Assembly: GCF_964204865.1 (NCBI RefSeq)
Contig: NC_135250.1
Coordinates: forward strand, 32,550,001-32,614,000
Origin: Styela clava
Lineage: Eukaryota
Direction of reading: 5' to 3'
Length of the DNA stretch: 64,000 nt
The notes under the pieces were generated by a model that saw nothing but the letters and a program-made list of their open reading frames with translations, had not been told where the DNA came from and searched no databases. Below, one piece after another: positions 18,605-29,573 of this stretch. Made by a program: the position numbers and the translations under genes. How positions within the stretch are numbered: the first letter of the stretch is position 1; each line of letters starts with the position of its first letter.

Positions 18605-19688
18605 CGCCGGAATGGTGGATGTAATCAATTTGCCATAAAATTAATCGGTGTTTAAATTGAATTTTCCATCATCGGGGTGTTCATAATCAAGGACAATTAT
18701 TTACGGCCTTTACAATTAAATTATCTTGGAAAAATTGGAATTTGGGAAAATGAGATTTTATCGCTTCAACTCAATTCTAGGTTTGACTTGAAACTCATAC
18801 ACGCAAGAATTTCGAATTTTGATTTGTAATTACAAGAGTTTGTCTGGTATAATGATAATTTTGAATCGCCAAGGCTCATATCGGTTGAATTTGATCATTT
18901 TTATCAATTAGTGAAGAATGATTCAACAATCACAATTTGTGCAGTTGCGTATACACTTCTTTCGCTTAGGTATATTTGTGAGTTTTTAATTGTGTTTCAA
19001 TAAGTTAGTTGTAATTAAAATGACCTAATTGTCACCAAGTCTTCCTAAGAGCTTTATTTTTGCCCCAATATTGAAAATTAATCACGGAAAAGCTGCGATA
19101 GACTAGGCTAAAATTATTTATCAGTTACTGTAAGCCGCACGCGGTTGAATTTATTTTTGTATAAAAAACCATGGGTTTTGGACAGGCGAATCAATTTGTG
19201 AGCGCCAACTCTTCAATACAATTCTGAAAAAAGTCAAAAAGTTTACATTACTTAAGTATAGGACCTGATTTTGATGAACCATCAATAATTTTCCACGTGC
19301 GCTTCGCATATATTTGTTTATCTTCACCCTTTCTGGAGAATAGATTGGCAACGCATAGGCTAAATGGCACACGTGGCTCGTCGGTGTGCCCAATGACATT
19401 AAACAACATGATAGGCATCTCTGACGTCACTCCATAAGACTATACGCAAAAGATTGTATTTCATGATACGCTTCAATGCACATAGTAATCGTCGCCTTTC
19501 GAGACCGTTTCCCGTTCGCTTTTGCTACTCGGCGCCTTCTTTACGTGTAGTATCTGCCCTTTTGCGCCTGTGACGAAAGAAAATAATTATTATATCTAAG
19601 AAGTTTTGCTCACTTGGAAAGCTGGAATGACAGACAAGCTAGCTGTAAAGAGTAATTCTGGACATCATAGACGTTTTTATTTTATCAG

Positions 19689-19870
19689 AGAAGATTACAA
19701 ACGCTATAGTGTAAAGATTTGTGTGGAACATTTTGCAGATAATGACAAAGTTCAAAGTTACTAGTTTTAATGTTTGTACTTAAACATTGAAATTTTATTT
19801 AAAGACGGTGTCTTACAAAACAACAAGACTGTTTATACTTCTCTTAACGGTGCTGTGATACAATTCCATA
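19689..19870 (+). pseudogene. Degenerate THAP-domain remnant, probably transposon-derived
   Basis: REDYKRYSVKICVEHFADND resembles the THAP C-x2-H-F motif; a GAVIQF stretch near 19850 resembles the AVPTIF box; no intact ORF. Confidence 0.35.
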
Positions 19871-22800
19871 ACACAAAGTTTGCACCCATCGAACTTGCTT
19901 TAGTAGGTGAATTTATTAGACATATTACATATTCAGTTTATCGTAGGTAACATTGATGGTACATAATGCCTCGTAGATATGTTTGTGTCTAAATTTAGAA
20001 ATTTAGCTCATAGCCCACTAATTAGTATTATCGTCTATGCAGGAGGTTGCAGGGCTGAATTCAACTTGCAGCCTTACCGATCACCTGATGATGCTCATTT
20101 AGTTTGGCTCGAGCAAGTCTTCTTGAAAGACTTGTGTGAATGGAAACTACCTATATCTTTTGCCTTCCTCCAATTTTAGAAGACAAATTTAATCTGAGGA
20201 ATTTTGCATATAGTTCTCATTGATTGTTGGCTGTTTATATTTCCTATTAATTGTGAATTCTGATTATAACAAAGAGTTGAAAAAATTTTTACGTAATTTA
20301 CTGGCACCTTTTTCTTGTCAATACTCCAAGCTGAGGTAATAAACAAGACAATACATTTATGTCACCTGGAAGCAAAATATGCACATAAAAGTTTGACACA
20401 TTGAGATAATACATCGCGACAGCAAATACAAGTTACAATACAAGTCATACAATATGCCGCATCGCATTTTGGAAATTGTAAAAAGGGCCGCAAACAGTTT
20501 TTGATAATGTATACTTAAAAGATAGTTTTAGTTTGTGACATATATTGTGATGCAATTAAACAGTTGGATTAAGTTCTATTATTTTCTCTAATTTTAAATG
20601 CAATTACATATTAATATTTGCATTCCACTATTATTGCAAGTTACTGTATTTATCACAAAAAAATCATAAAATTCTATGTACAACCATCAAAATCATTTTT
20701 GAACAAGCTTTGGATAAGGAAAGAATAATACATACACTAAGAATGACTTAATCTAAATATATGGACGTAAAATTAACAAAAATACTATAGTATAAACTCA
20801 ATGTTTACTCAATTACATTTGCCCTGACGTTTGGCATCTTTTTTGTGTCACCAGCATACTAAGGCCAGGCTGAAATGATTTTATAGTACCAACTCTTATA
20901 GTAACTAACGAGGTCACATGATCATGGGAGAATATGGATCTGTGAGAATGTTTAATTAATTCCAGTAATGCAAGAAAGCGTAAAGATCAGTAAACGAACA
21001 AATGACAGATTTTTTTGACAAGAAATTTTGCGCCACATTGCGTGGCATTGAGTTGCTTGAATTATTGTTTATATTGATTTTTAGTAAACTAAGTCGTTGT
21101 ATAATTATATTAATATACAAACACATGGAAATTTTCTGTTCGAAGTTGGTCTTTGAGTTTGTCATATTGACTGCTGAGTTTATTGTGTTATTTCATTGTA
21201 CTGATGGAAATATGACAAAACAAAAACAATGTGCTTCGGAATTTTGAGAAATGCAGAAATATTGTAAATCCCATTTTTCTTCGAAAATGCCACCTTCTTC
21301 ATGTACTTTGCGTTTAATTTACCCACTCAAATGTTTTATTCAAGTATTCTTTTGCTAGCTTGATGTGTAAATTTTTAATTGGGTCAAAATGTGAAAAAAA
21401 AAAAAATTTCCCAAAACTACTTTCAGTAAATTGTTTTTTGCGCAAATAATCAATTTCACTTTAAAAAATTGGAAAAATCTTTTACATTTAGATAAAAAAA
21501 AAACTTTCAAAAAACTATTACAATTATTGTTTAGCGTTCGAGGGCCGCACTGGGAGTTCTCTGGGGCCGCGAGTTTGACATCCCTGGTCTATATTTAAGT
21601 TGTCCAAAATATTGAACAGTATTTTAGCATGAATCATGATTATACCCTTCCCTGAATTTCTTCTATAGTACTACTAAAATTTGATGGAACCAATTCTAAC
21701 ACAGGTGTAGTGAGTGACCCATAATCTACATTTCCAAAGCTGTTTTAATTATGTCTGGCGTGTTTTGTGCCTTTTTACAAGTAAGACCCATACACAACTC
21801 TACCGGGGGAGTCAAATGTCTTTGCATGCCTCCATAGGTTGTTCTTCTATTGCAAACATTTATGGAGTACTCTAATTGTAATTCTTGGAATCACACTGTC
21901 ACTGATATTTTGCCAGACTTCTGATATCTCCCCGTCTGCTACAGTTGTCCTGTGAATAAATAATGGGAAATTGAGGTTAGACGAATAGTTGAAAGTTTTG
22001 CTTTATGTCGACTTAATTTCTTGATTGATATTCTTACTATTTTTGCTATTGCCTCTTGTGCTGCAGGAATCTCACAATGCTTAAACAGGTTTGTCCACAA
22101 CATTCACATCTGAAGAAAGAGAGGATATTTATTAATTTTCGTTAAGAATAAATAAAGCAGTCTATATGATTTAGAATGGAAAAGCTAATAAATCCAATAT
22201 CTCATGTTAAATGTAAAAAATGTTTTACTGAATTTGGTATATAAACCAACTAATGAAGGGGTTTAGTCCAAAAATTACAGGCATTCGTGGCTTCATATAC
22301 TTGAGAGATCATACTATACAATATAGACCGGTATGGGTGAAATGTTAGGTGAACTTATTAACCCTTTGAATCAATACGCAAATAGAAGTGATTGAGCAAT
22401 AGTATGTTACAGCAATCCGTATATATCCTCATTGGTTAGAAAAATCTAAATGGAGGTGCATGAACTATTTGAAATCATAAGGGGTAGGTAAATATGCAAT
22501 TTCGGCAAATGGGCAACTACGTACCGTACTGAATTAATAACTTTGTAGTATTTGAAAAAGCTGGCTTTCCCACATGCACTTAACAGTGCGATGCCCGGGT
22601 GTGATATACAACAATAGTATTTATCTTACCTTTTTCCAGTGGCGGCGCGTGGACATTTTGACAACCGGGGCAAGCTACTGCGGGACCAAGTCACCCCCAT
22701 CTACGGGGACAGGATGAGCGCTGTAAGTTCTCCCATCATTTTATGAGTATAAAAACCATTCCATCGGAAACAACCAATCGGCAAAAACGACAATTTTTAA

Positions 22801-23904
22801 CGATAAGAAAGTGTCTTTAAAACCGGTCCAAGTCAAGGGATTAATAAATATAGACATAGTTTATTTTGAAACCTCTTTCAGAAGGAAAGGCAATATTTAC
22901 CCAGATAAATACAATGACATATTAACAGAAACTTCGGGAAAGCAGACAAAACCTAAAATAAGGTTTAAAACGTTACTATGAAGAAAGGAAAGGTAATGCA
23001 AAGATAAGGACATGCGTCGCTCACTCATAGATATATATGCTGCTAGACTTCTACTGCTTGAACATATATGCAACACGCCGCAGTTTCTTGGAAGCAAAAT
23101 GCTCAATAACGCGCTGATTAAAGTCATGCATCCCAGAAATAACGTCTCTGTGAATGGATAAAACAGCCAAGGAATTTAATCTATCTTGCTTCATTGTGTT
23201 TCTGAGATACGTTTTAATACGCTTCAGCGTGCTGAATGTTCGCTCTGCGTCGGCGGAAGAAAGAGGCGTCATCAAAATGATGTCCAGAAATTTTGCAGAC
23301 GCCGCAAAGGTAGTTACTAGAGTGTTATTTATGAGGAACCCATAGAGCGCGCAAGTTGATGTGATGTTCAAAAAAGTTTGATTGGTGTATATACATCGCA
23401 ATTCATTTTCCAATTTACCCACGTTTATCATGGGGTAAAAGTTGGAGACAGTAGCCAACAAATGGAGTGGAAATTGACGTGCAAATTTTGAAAAATTTTT
23501 GGGGTTCATCAAAGAGAACGCGGCAAGGTGTTCAGTGCGCAGACGATCGCCTATTTGATTCACCAGAATGTCACAGCATTCCTTTGCAGACAAAATCAAA
23601 CGCTGCGTTATTTGCCCGCGGCGTAAAGAAGCACTCCATGTGTCGTCGTATTTTATTGTTTCCCGGATACGAGATAGAGCATCGCAGAAGTCTGAAATAC
23701 ACGACTGCATAGACGCTCCATCCATTAGCCTTGACTGCAATGCGCCGTATAATACATCCACGTGATAGAATATTGTGGAGAAAAAGGCGAGAAAAAATGA
23801 AAACTCACCATCTTCTAGCACAGTGATTCCCAAAGTGGGCGATATCGCCCCCCGGGGGGCGAAAAAGTCCAAGGGGGCGATTTCGCGAAACCTGTTTTAT
23901 GTTC

Positions 23905-25400
23905 GGCGCACTTAATTCTGTACTCTGTGTGCATTCGCAGGCTTGAATCATGTGGGCGATTATCACACGCGAAAGGATTGCTGGACTCGTCTTCGCAGTA
24001 AGGTACGGTAGTTTGCGTATCCCAGTGGTCGGCAAAATACGGCCGGAGTAAAATAATCTGGCCCGGGACGATTCACTGAATGGACCTTTCCCCGACCTTT
24101 GACCGTGGAAAATTCTTCCCATACTTTACCACTTTAATAAAATTTTCGGTGCTTATTTTAAGAATGGTTTCGCGAGTTGTTGCCTGTAAAATGGGGTATT
24201 TGTTTCAAACTATCATTCTAATACACACCATTCAACAATCTGTTTTTTAAAAGTACCGATAAAGAATTTAGCCTAGTCTATCACAGCTATTTCTACACTA
24301 ATTTGTGATTGCTGTATTTGAACTGAAACTCATAGGAAGACAAAGTAATCATTGACTTATTTGATTTAAATTTCCGAAAAACAACTAAAAACTAACGAAT
24401 ATGATTCAAAAACGCGAAAATGAGGTAACGTTCACGACCCCGCCTGAAAATCTGTCTGAGTGAGCGTGTCTGAGAGCCTGAGCGGATGCGAAAGGGGGCA
24501 TTGATACGTTTTTTGCATCTTGCTGATTGGCCAATGTCACGAAGTAAACAAGGAAGTCTATGCCCGGGGAAACATCCAAACGGCGGTTTTGACGATGAAA
24601 TTTTTTTATTTATAATCTACGCTCGAGGATTAAATTACATTTTTTTACGTAACAGAATTTATCGTGACACACGTTTGAACTAAATTTTATTATATCCTAA
24701 AAATTCCATTGAACAGCTAGCTACTAGTTTAACGAGCCTACAATTTAATTATAATTAGACAAATGGAAACACGAAGAAAAGTTGATGCTGAGGCAGGGGT
24801 TCAATAGCGCAGTCAATATTCGAATATATTGCAAAGCAATAAGGAAATCAAATTCATATTCTATTCGAGAGATTCATCACTGCTTACTCTTTGTAAGAAT
24901 GTATCTTCTTAAAGAAAATCTTTATCAAAATTTCACAAATCATGCGAAAATATTCACTTCGATGTTTGGAAGTACATATTTGTGCGAACAAATATTTTCG
25001 AAAATGAACATTACAAAGAACAAGCAAAGAACTGGGATTAGTGATGCCCATTTAGAAAATGTTTCAATCTTGGCGTCGTAAAGCTATCCAGCGTGATGCA
25101 GCAACAAGACAGTGTCACATTAAATGTCATTGTAATATTTTTTTAATAAGACGACTGAGTCGAGTTCACGAATTGTCGCAGTTTTTGCGCGCTGTTCCGT
25201 TTTTGACTTTCAAAAAATATATGCGACCCGCAAAAGACTAGCAACCCTGAATTTTGTCCTGCGAGCGACATAAAATTTGCCGACCCCTGGGCCGTTGCCG
25301 ATAGTCGGTCACGGCTTCTTCCACATCCGAGTCCATAAATCCAAAAACAAATGGCTGGTTTAATTATGGACCGGTGATCAGACTGGTGGCCGTAGTAGAA
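23905..25400 (+). mobile_element. Diverged copy of the tRNA-SINE, split in two (about 23905-24022 and 25290-25400)
   Basis: TTCGCAGGCTTGAATC..AGGATTGCTGGACTC before 24023 and GTCGGTCACGGCTTCTTCCAC after 25289 are consecutive segments of the 18259-18604 SINE. Confidence 0.7.
24023..25289 (+). mobile_element. Internally deleted SPIN/Buster-type hAT element with transposase C-terminal remnant
   Basis: TIRs CAGTGGTCGGCAAA / TTTGCCGACCCCTG; remnant SMFGSTYLCEQIFSKMNITKNKQRTGISDAHLE (about 24950-25060); TSD not recognisable. Confidence 0.75.
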
Positions 25401-28199
25401 TGAGGAATCGGGATGAATTTTACCGAAGGATTTTGGTGCAGGTCATCAGGCTGTACGAATGAATGAGATGTACGAAAATCATTATTATAAGTTTGGGAAC
25501 ATTAACTTTGTTTTCATTATTTTAATGTGAAATGGGGTGAATTTAGGAAGTGAATTGCTATAAGGCAGGAGTACACGGCGGTTTTTGAGGAGGTAGAACC
25601 CTGGATTCTTTCATTTCCGACCTATTATATGGTGAAAAAGAGATTTTCAGTCGTGTTACTATTGCTATCAAAACAACGAAATCGCCTTTCCACCAGTAAA
25701 CGGGGTAATTTTAGATATAATAAAAAACTCGCTGAAGAACACCAAGCTCATCTATCTCATAAAACACTATAAACTATGATTTGTCTTCTTATTTGGTCTG
25801 TAATATATTCGTTTCTGACTTTACATTTTTTTGTATTGCCGGGGGGCGATGAAGTTGTATAAACTACTTTAGGGGGGCGATGGTCAAAAAAGTTTGGGAA
25901 CCACTGTTCTAGCAGACGCTTTAGACCTGCCGCCTCCCTCACAGAGCGTTCGTCCCAAACCGGAGAGCTCTGAATGCCATTGAAACACTCAATGAGCTCA
26001 GACCTAATTTCGGACACGCCCTGCACCACGCGTGATTGGAAGTTTCAACGTGTTGGTGCACAAGCTGGGAGACGGCGGCTACATATCTGGCGAATGAGGT
26101 CAGAGCGGACGAGAGGGGTATCAAGACACATATTTTTAATAACGAGGTTAAATTGGTGTGCATAACAAAGTAAAAAATGAGCATGAGGAAAATCTTCTTT
26201 TATATAAACTTGAGCACCATGTTTCGACCCACTCATGACTGCCGCGCCGTCATAAGTTTGAGCTATCAATTTTGACTTCGCGTTGTAAGGCTGTAACACT
26301 TCTTTCAGTACAGCCGATATCCCGCAAGCCGTGCGATCAACGATTGGTACAAAGCTGTGAAATCTCTCGGTAGGTTTACCATCTTTCACAAACCGAAAAA
26401 TCACAGCCAGTTGGGAAACGCACGTGATGTCAGTTGTCTCGTCAGACTGAATCGAAAGGAACTGGCAATTCTCAATTTCCAGAGCCAAATGTTGTAAATA
26501 AATTTTATACATTGAGTCGAGCAAATCATTTTGGATATCCTTAGATGTCCCTTTCGAAACAGTTGCGGCATCAAGATGATCTCTCAATACTGTATCTAGG
26601 GATGTGGTGTATTCCACCATATCCAAAAATACCCCTCTATTAGAAGAGCCAGCCCGTTCATCGTGCCCACGGAGGGACAGCTCGTGACAACCAATGAACT
26701 TCAAAACATCTATCAATCGACCGAGAACATGGCGGTTTTTCTCGACGTTTTGGTTGTGCCGACGAATAGAAACCGCGCGTCCTTCATCCAACTGTGCTGC
26801 AATATTAACATTTCCGAATGTTCGGTATTTTACTGCATTGTCCAGATGCTCCATAGAAGATTGATGATCCCTGGCACGCTCGGAAAGATGTTTAAGATCT
26901 CTAAAACCAAATTTACACCAACGTGAGTCACGGGCGGTATCAAAAAGTAGGCAATAAAAACAAAAAAGTGCATTTTTGTCCTCGCTGTAACACAACCATT
27001 CGTGTTTTTTATACCAAGCTTCTGCGCAGAATGTACGCCGACGCTTTCCTCCGTCATGGGATTGTTCCAGTGAACAATTTTTTGGTTGATAAGGCCCAAG
27101 ACGTTGTACCTCTAATTTTTGTTCCAGCGGCAGCTGCGAAAACGGAGTGCGAAGTAGTGCATCAACCTTATTCATTATGAGGTCTAAGGCTAAAAAAATG
27201 CGAAGCCGGGAAGAAGTGAGGAGCTCAAAAGGAATGTGGAAAATCGAAAGCAAATGGACTAAAAGTCTCTAACTGATTCAAATAGCGAAACAAGCGACAA
27301 AAACGAAGGCGAGGAAACTATCAACTCTTCAAGCAACCAACGAACGAGAAGGAATGCGTGAATATGTCAACACGTTGTTGTAAGAAACGTCGGCATTGTG
27401 TCGTCATAATTTCGGGGCTAGCCCCGATCGGCCCCGATGATTTAGTAAAAGAAACAGAAAACAAACGAGACAAACGCGGCGAGTGGAAGATAAAAGAGAG
27501 AATACGATATACAATGAGCAACCGGGGCAAAATCGGCGTCGCCCCGTCGACGTTCGGCGAAGGCTTTGCGAGCGAAAAATGAACCATGTCGGGAGAATAT
27601 GGCTAGTGTAGACAGTCTGTGCAACCGATATTGAGGTATTTTTCGAATATTTTTTATTAAACTGAAAAAACAACCGGGGCATTGCCCCGGTTGGCCCTAT
27701 TGACGCGCCGCCACTGCCTTTTTTCGATTTCTTTTTAACTCAACTTTCCAAAATATCATTAAAATCGACAACAACTGTCAAAGCAGGCACGAACACCATT
27801 CGTGCTATGCCTTGAAAGCAGCACACATCCGCTCGTTCTCGTCTCGTCAAGTATGTGCATTGGAGCGTGTTATCGAATACGATCTTCGGCCAAAAATGCC
27901 GGAGTTGCGCATCATGTTGTTTAATGTCATTGGTGTGCCGCATCGTGCCAGGCGTTGGGATGTTCTTGCCACCGCGCTTTTGATTACCCTGCGTGGGTTC
28001 GAATCCTCTGTTGTCATAACGTCTATGCATCTGAAAATAAATAGGCGAACTGACAAACCAATCCCATTCCCGACATGTCCTAGTAAACGGATGAAATGCA
28101 GGCCGTATATATGCTTAAGTCGGTCCCCATTTACTTTGGCTTAATAAAGACCGGCATGAATACTTAAATATGATCGAATGATAGTGGGGGTGTGATAAC

Positions 28200-28327
28200 T
28201 TAGAATAGGATTTTCATATTTGTCCCATGTGAGAGGAAATTCGATAAGAAGACTCAATCATATGACGAACCATAGCCAGCGGTTTCGTTAACGCCACGGC
28301 GGCGCGAAGTCCAGCAACTATCTCGGA
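28200..28327 (-). mobile_element. Decayed, internally deleted copy of the tRNA-SINE
   Basis: ATAGGATTTTCATATTT..GAGAGGAAA..GATAAGA..GTCCAGCAA aligns by eye with the 18259-18604 element. Confidence 0.6.
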
Positions 28328-29573
28328 AATAATTATTCATTTGATTGGCCCCCCTAATAAACATCATTTTGTACACGACTTGCCTCTAGCACAAAATTGT
28401 CGCAAGAGTTCTGGTAGGTTACATAGTAAACCATTAACATTCACCAATTCTTGGATTGACGATCATATACGGTTATGGTGCCTAAAATAAGCACATGCTC
28501 TAAGAAAAAAAAATTTCAATGTTGCCTCAGTGTTCAATGAAATAACTAGAGTTGGTCATGCGATACAAATCTCAATCTTGAAATACATTTTTGCTTCTTT
28601 TTCAAGTAGCGACTTGAAACTCCTCATAAATTTTTGTACGTATGAGAACTATTTACAGTGTAAAAGTGCCTTAATGTGGTTGAAAGCTGATCCAAAAATA
28701 TAAAACTATCAGAGTGGAATTCCCTCCAAACTCTTTAGATCCGGAAAATAATTTGCCGCATCGTCCTAAGCGTTTTTGGTGATTCATATGCGTGTTTTTG
28801 TACTCTGATCTCATAAAATCGAGTTTAATAAAAAAGACCCTGGTAGAAGTGCTGCATAAGTGAAACCCAAAACTACAACAGCACCAACAGAAGCTTATAA
28901 GATTTGTTTCAGAAGTTTCTTATAGATACAAACATTGATTAAATATCTGTGACCCACTCTCTTCTGCGATAAAAATATAATTTTTGACCCATTCATTGGA
29001 AAAGGTTCGCCATCCCTGACCTAGAGCCTAGCACTGATTCTCAATGAGGACTCCTAGAAACAAAGATCCAAAAACATTGTATCGACATGAACTGTTTATT
29101 TCAATCGGTACTTAATAACAGTTTTAGTTTCAGTAGCCTTCGGCACTTCAGTGCTCACCCATAGCACAACACAAAAATCAGTTTCTTTGTGACAATATAA
29201 ACTGTTACAAAAAAGGCCGGACTTCCTCTGCAGTCTGCTGGAATTTACCCAGCTCCTATTCACCGATAAACTGTTAAAATCGACAAACAGACACTACAAG
29301 AAATAAACTATTACATTTTTAATAAAATCACACTTTTGCAGATAAAAATATTGCTATATTACTTCATTTCGAAAAATAGTGCAACAATATCACAATATAT
29401 GCATGGCATCACCATTGCCAAGAGACTTCAAGTCAACCCTGTCAGGAAAACAGCAAGGCCTGTGCCCTAAGATTCCCAGGATATAAATCCGAACTGTTTT
29501 CTTACGCTCAAATCGCATCTACACCTTAACGAAAAATCTTCAAATTAAACAATAATTTCAGAACCTCCTAAAT

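Larger units (their letters stand above)
23821..25906. mobile_element. Non-autonomous hAT (Charlie/Buster-type) element inserted into the transposase gene
   Basis: TIRs CAGTGATTCCCAAA / TTTGGGAACCACTG; perfect 8-bp TSD TTCTAGCA at 23813-23820 and 25907-25914; GGGGGCGA subterminal repeats. Confidence 0.92.
23051..27175 (-). pseudogene. Disrupted hAT transposase (TTF-type Zn finger, DUF4371, DETTD catalytic motif, CYAH, hAT dimerisation domain)
   Basis: WLCYSEDKNALFCFYCLLF, LRGHDE, SDETTD, QTYDGAAVMSG, CYAHQFNL, SADAERTFSTLKRIKTYLRNTMKQDRLNSLA. The W codon of the TRWN motif is TGA at 26045-26047 with the frame continuing, and the coding region is split at ..KRLLE/DGEFSF.. by the 23821-25906 insertion. 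Confidence 0.92.
22637..27716 (-). mobile_element. hAT DNA transposon (ZMYM1/DUF4371-type transposase), about 3.0 kb native plus 2.1 kb nested insertion
   Basis: 14-bp perfect TIRs CAGTGGCGGCGCGT / ACGCGCCGCCACTG; 8-bp TSD CCTTTTTC vs CCTTTTTT; subterminal CAACCGGGGCA repeats at both ends. Confidence 0.92.

Noticed and set aside
26045-26047. In-frame TGA as selenocysteine, read-through or alternative genetic code
   Set aside because: It replaces the conserved Trp in a transposase also broken by an insertion, and other genes here use TGA as stop; simple nonsense mutation.
27321-28144. Several overlapping 60-110 aa ORFs
   Set aside because: GC-rich transposon subterminal sequence; no recognisable domains.
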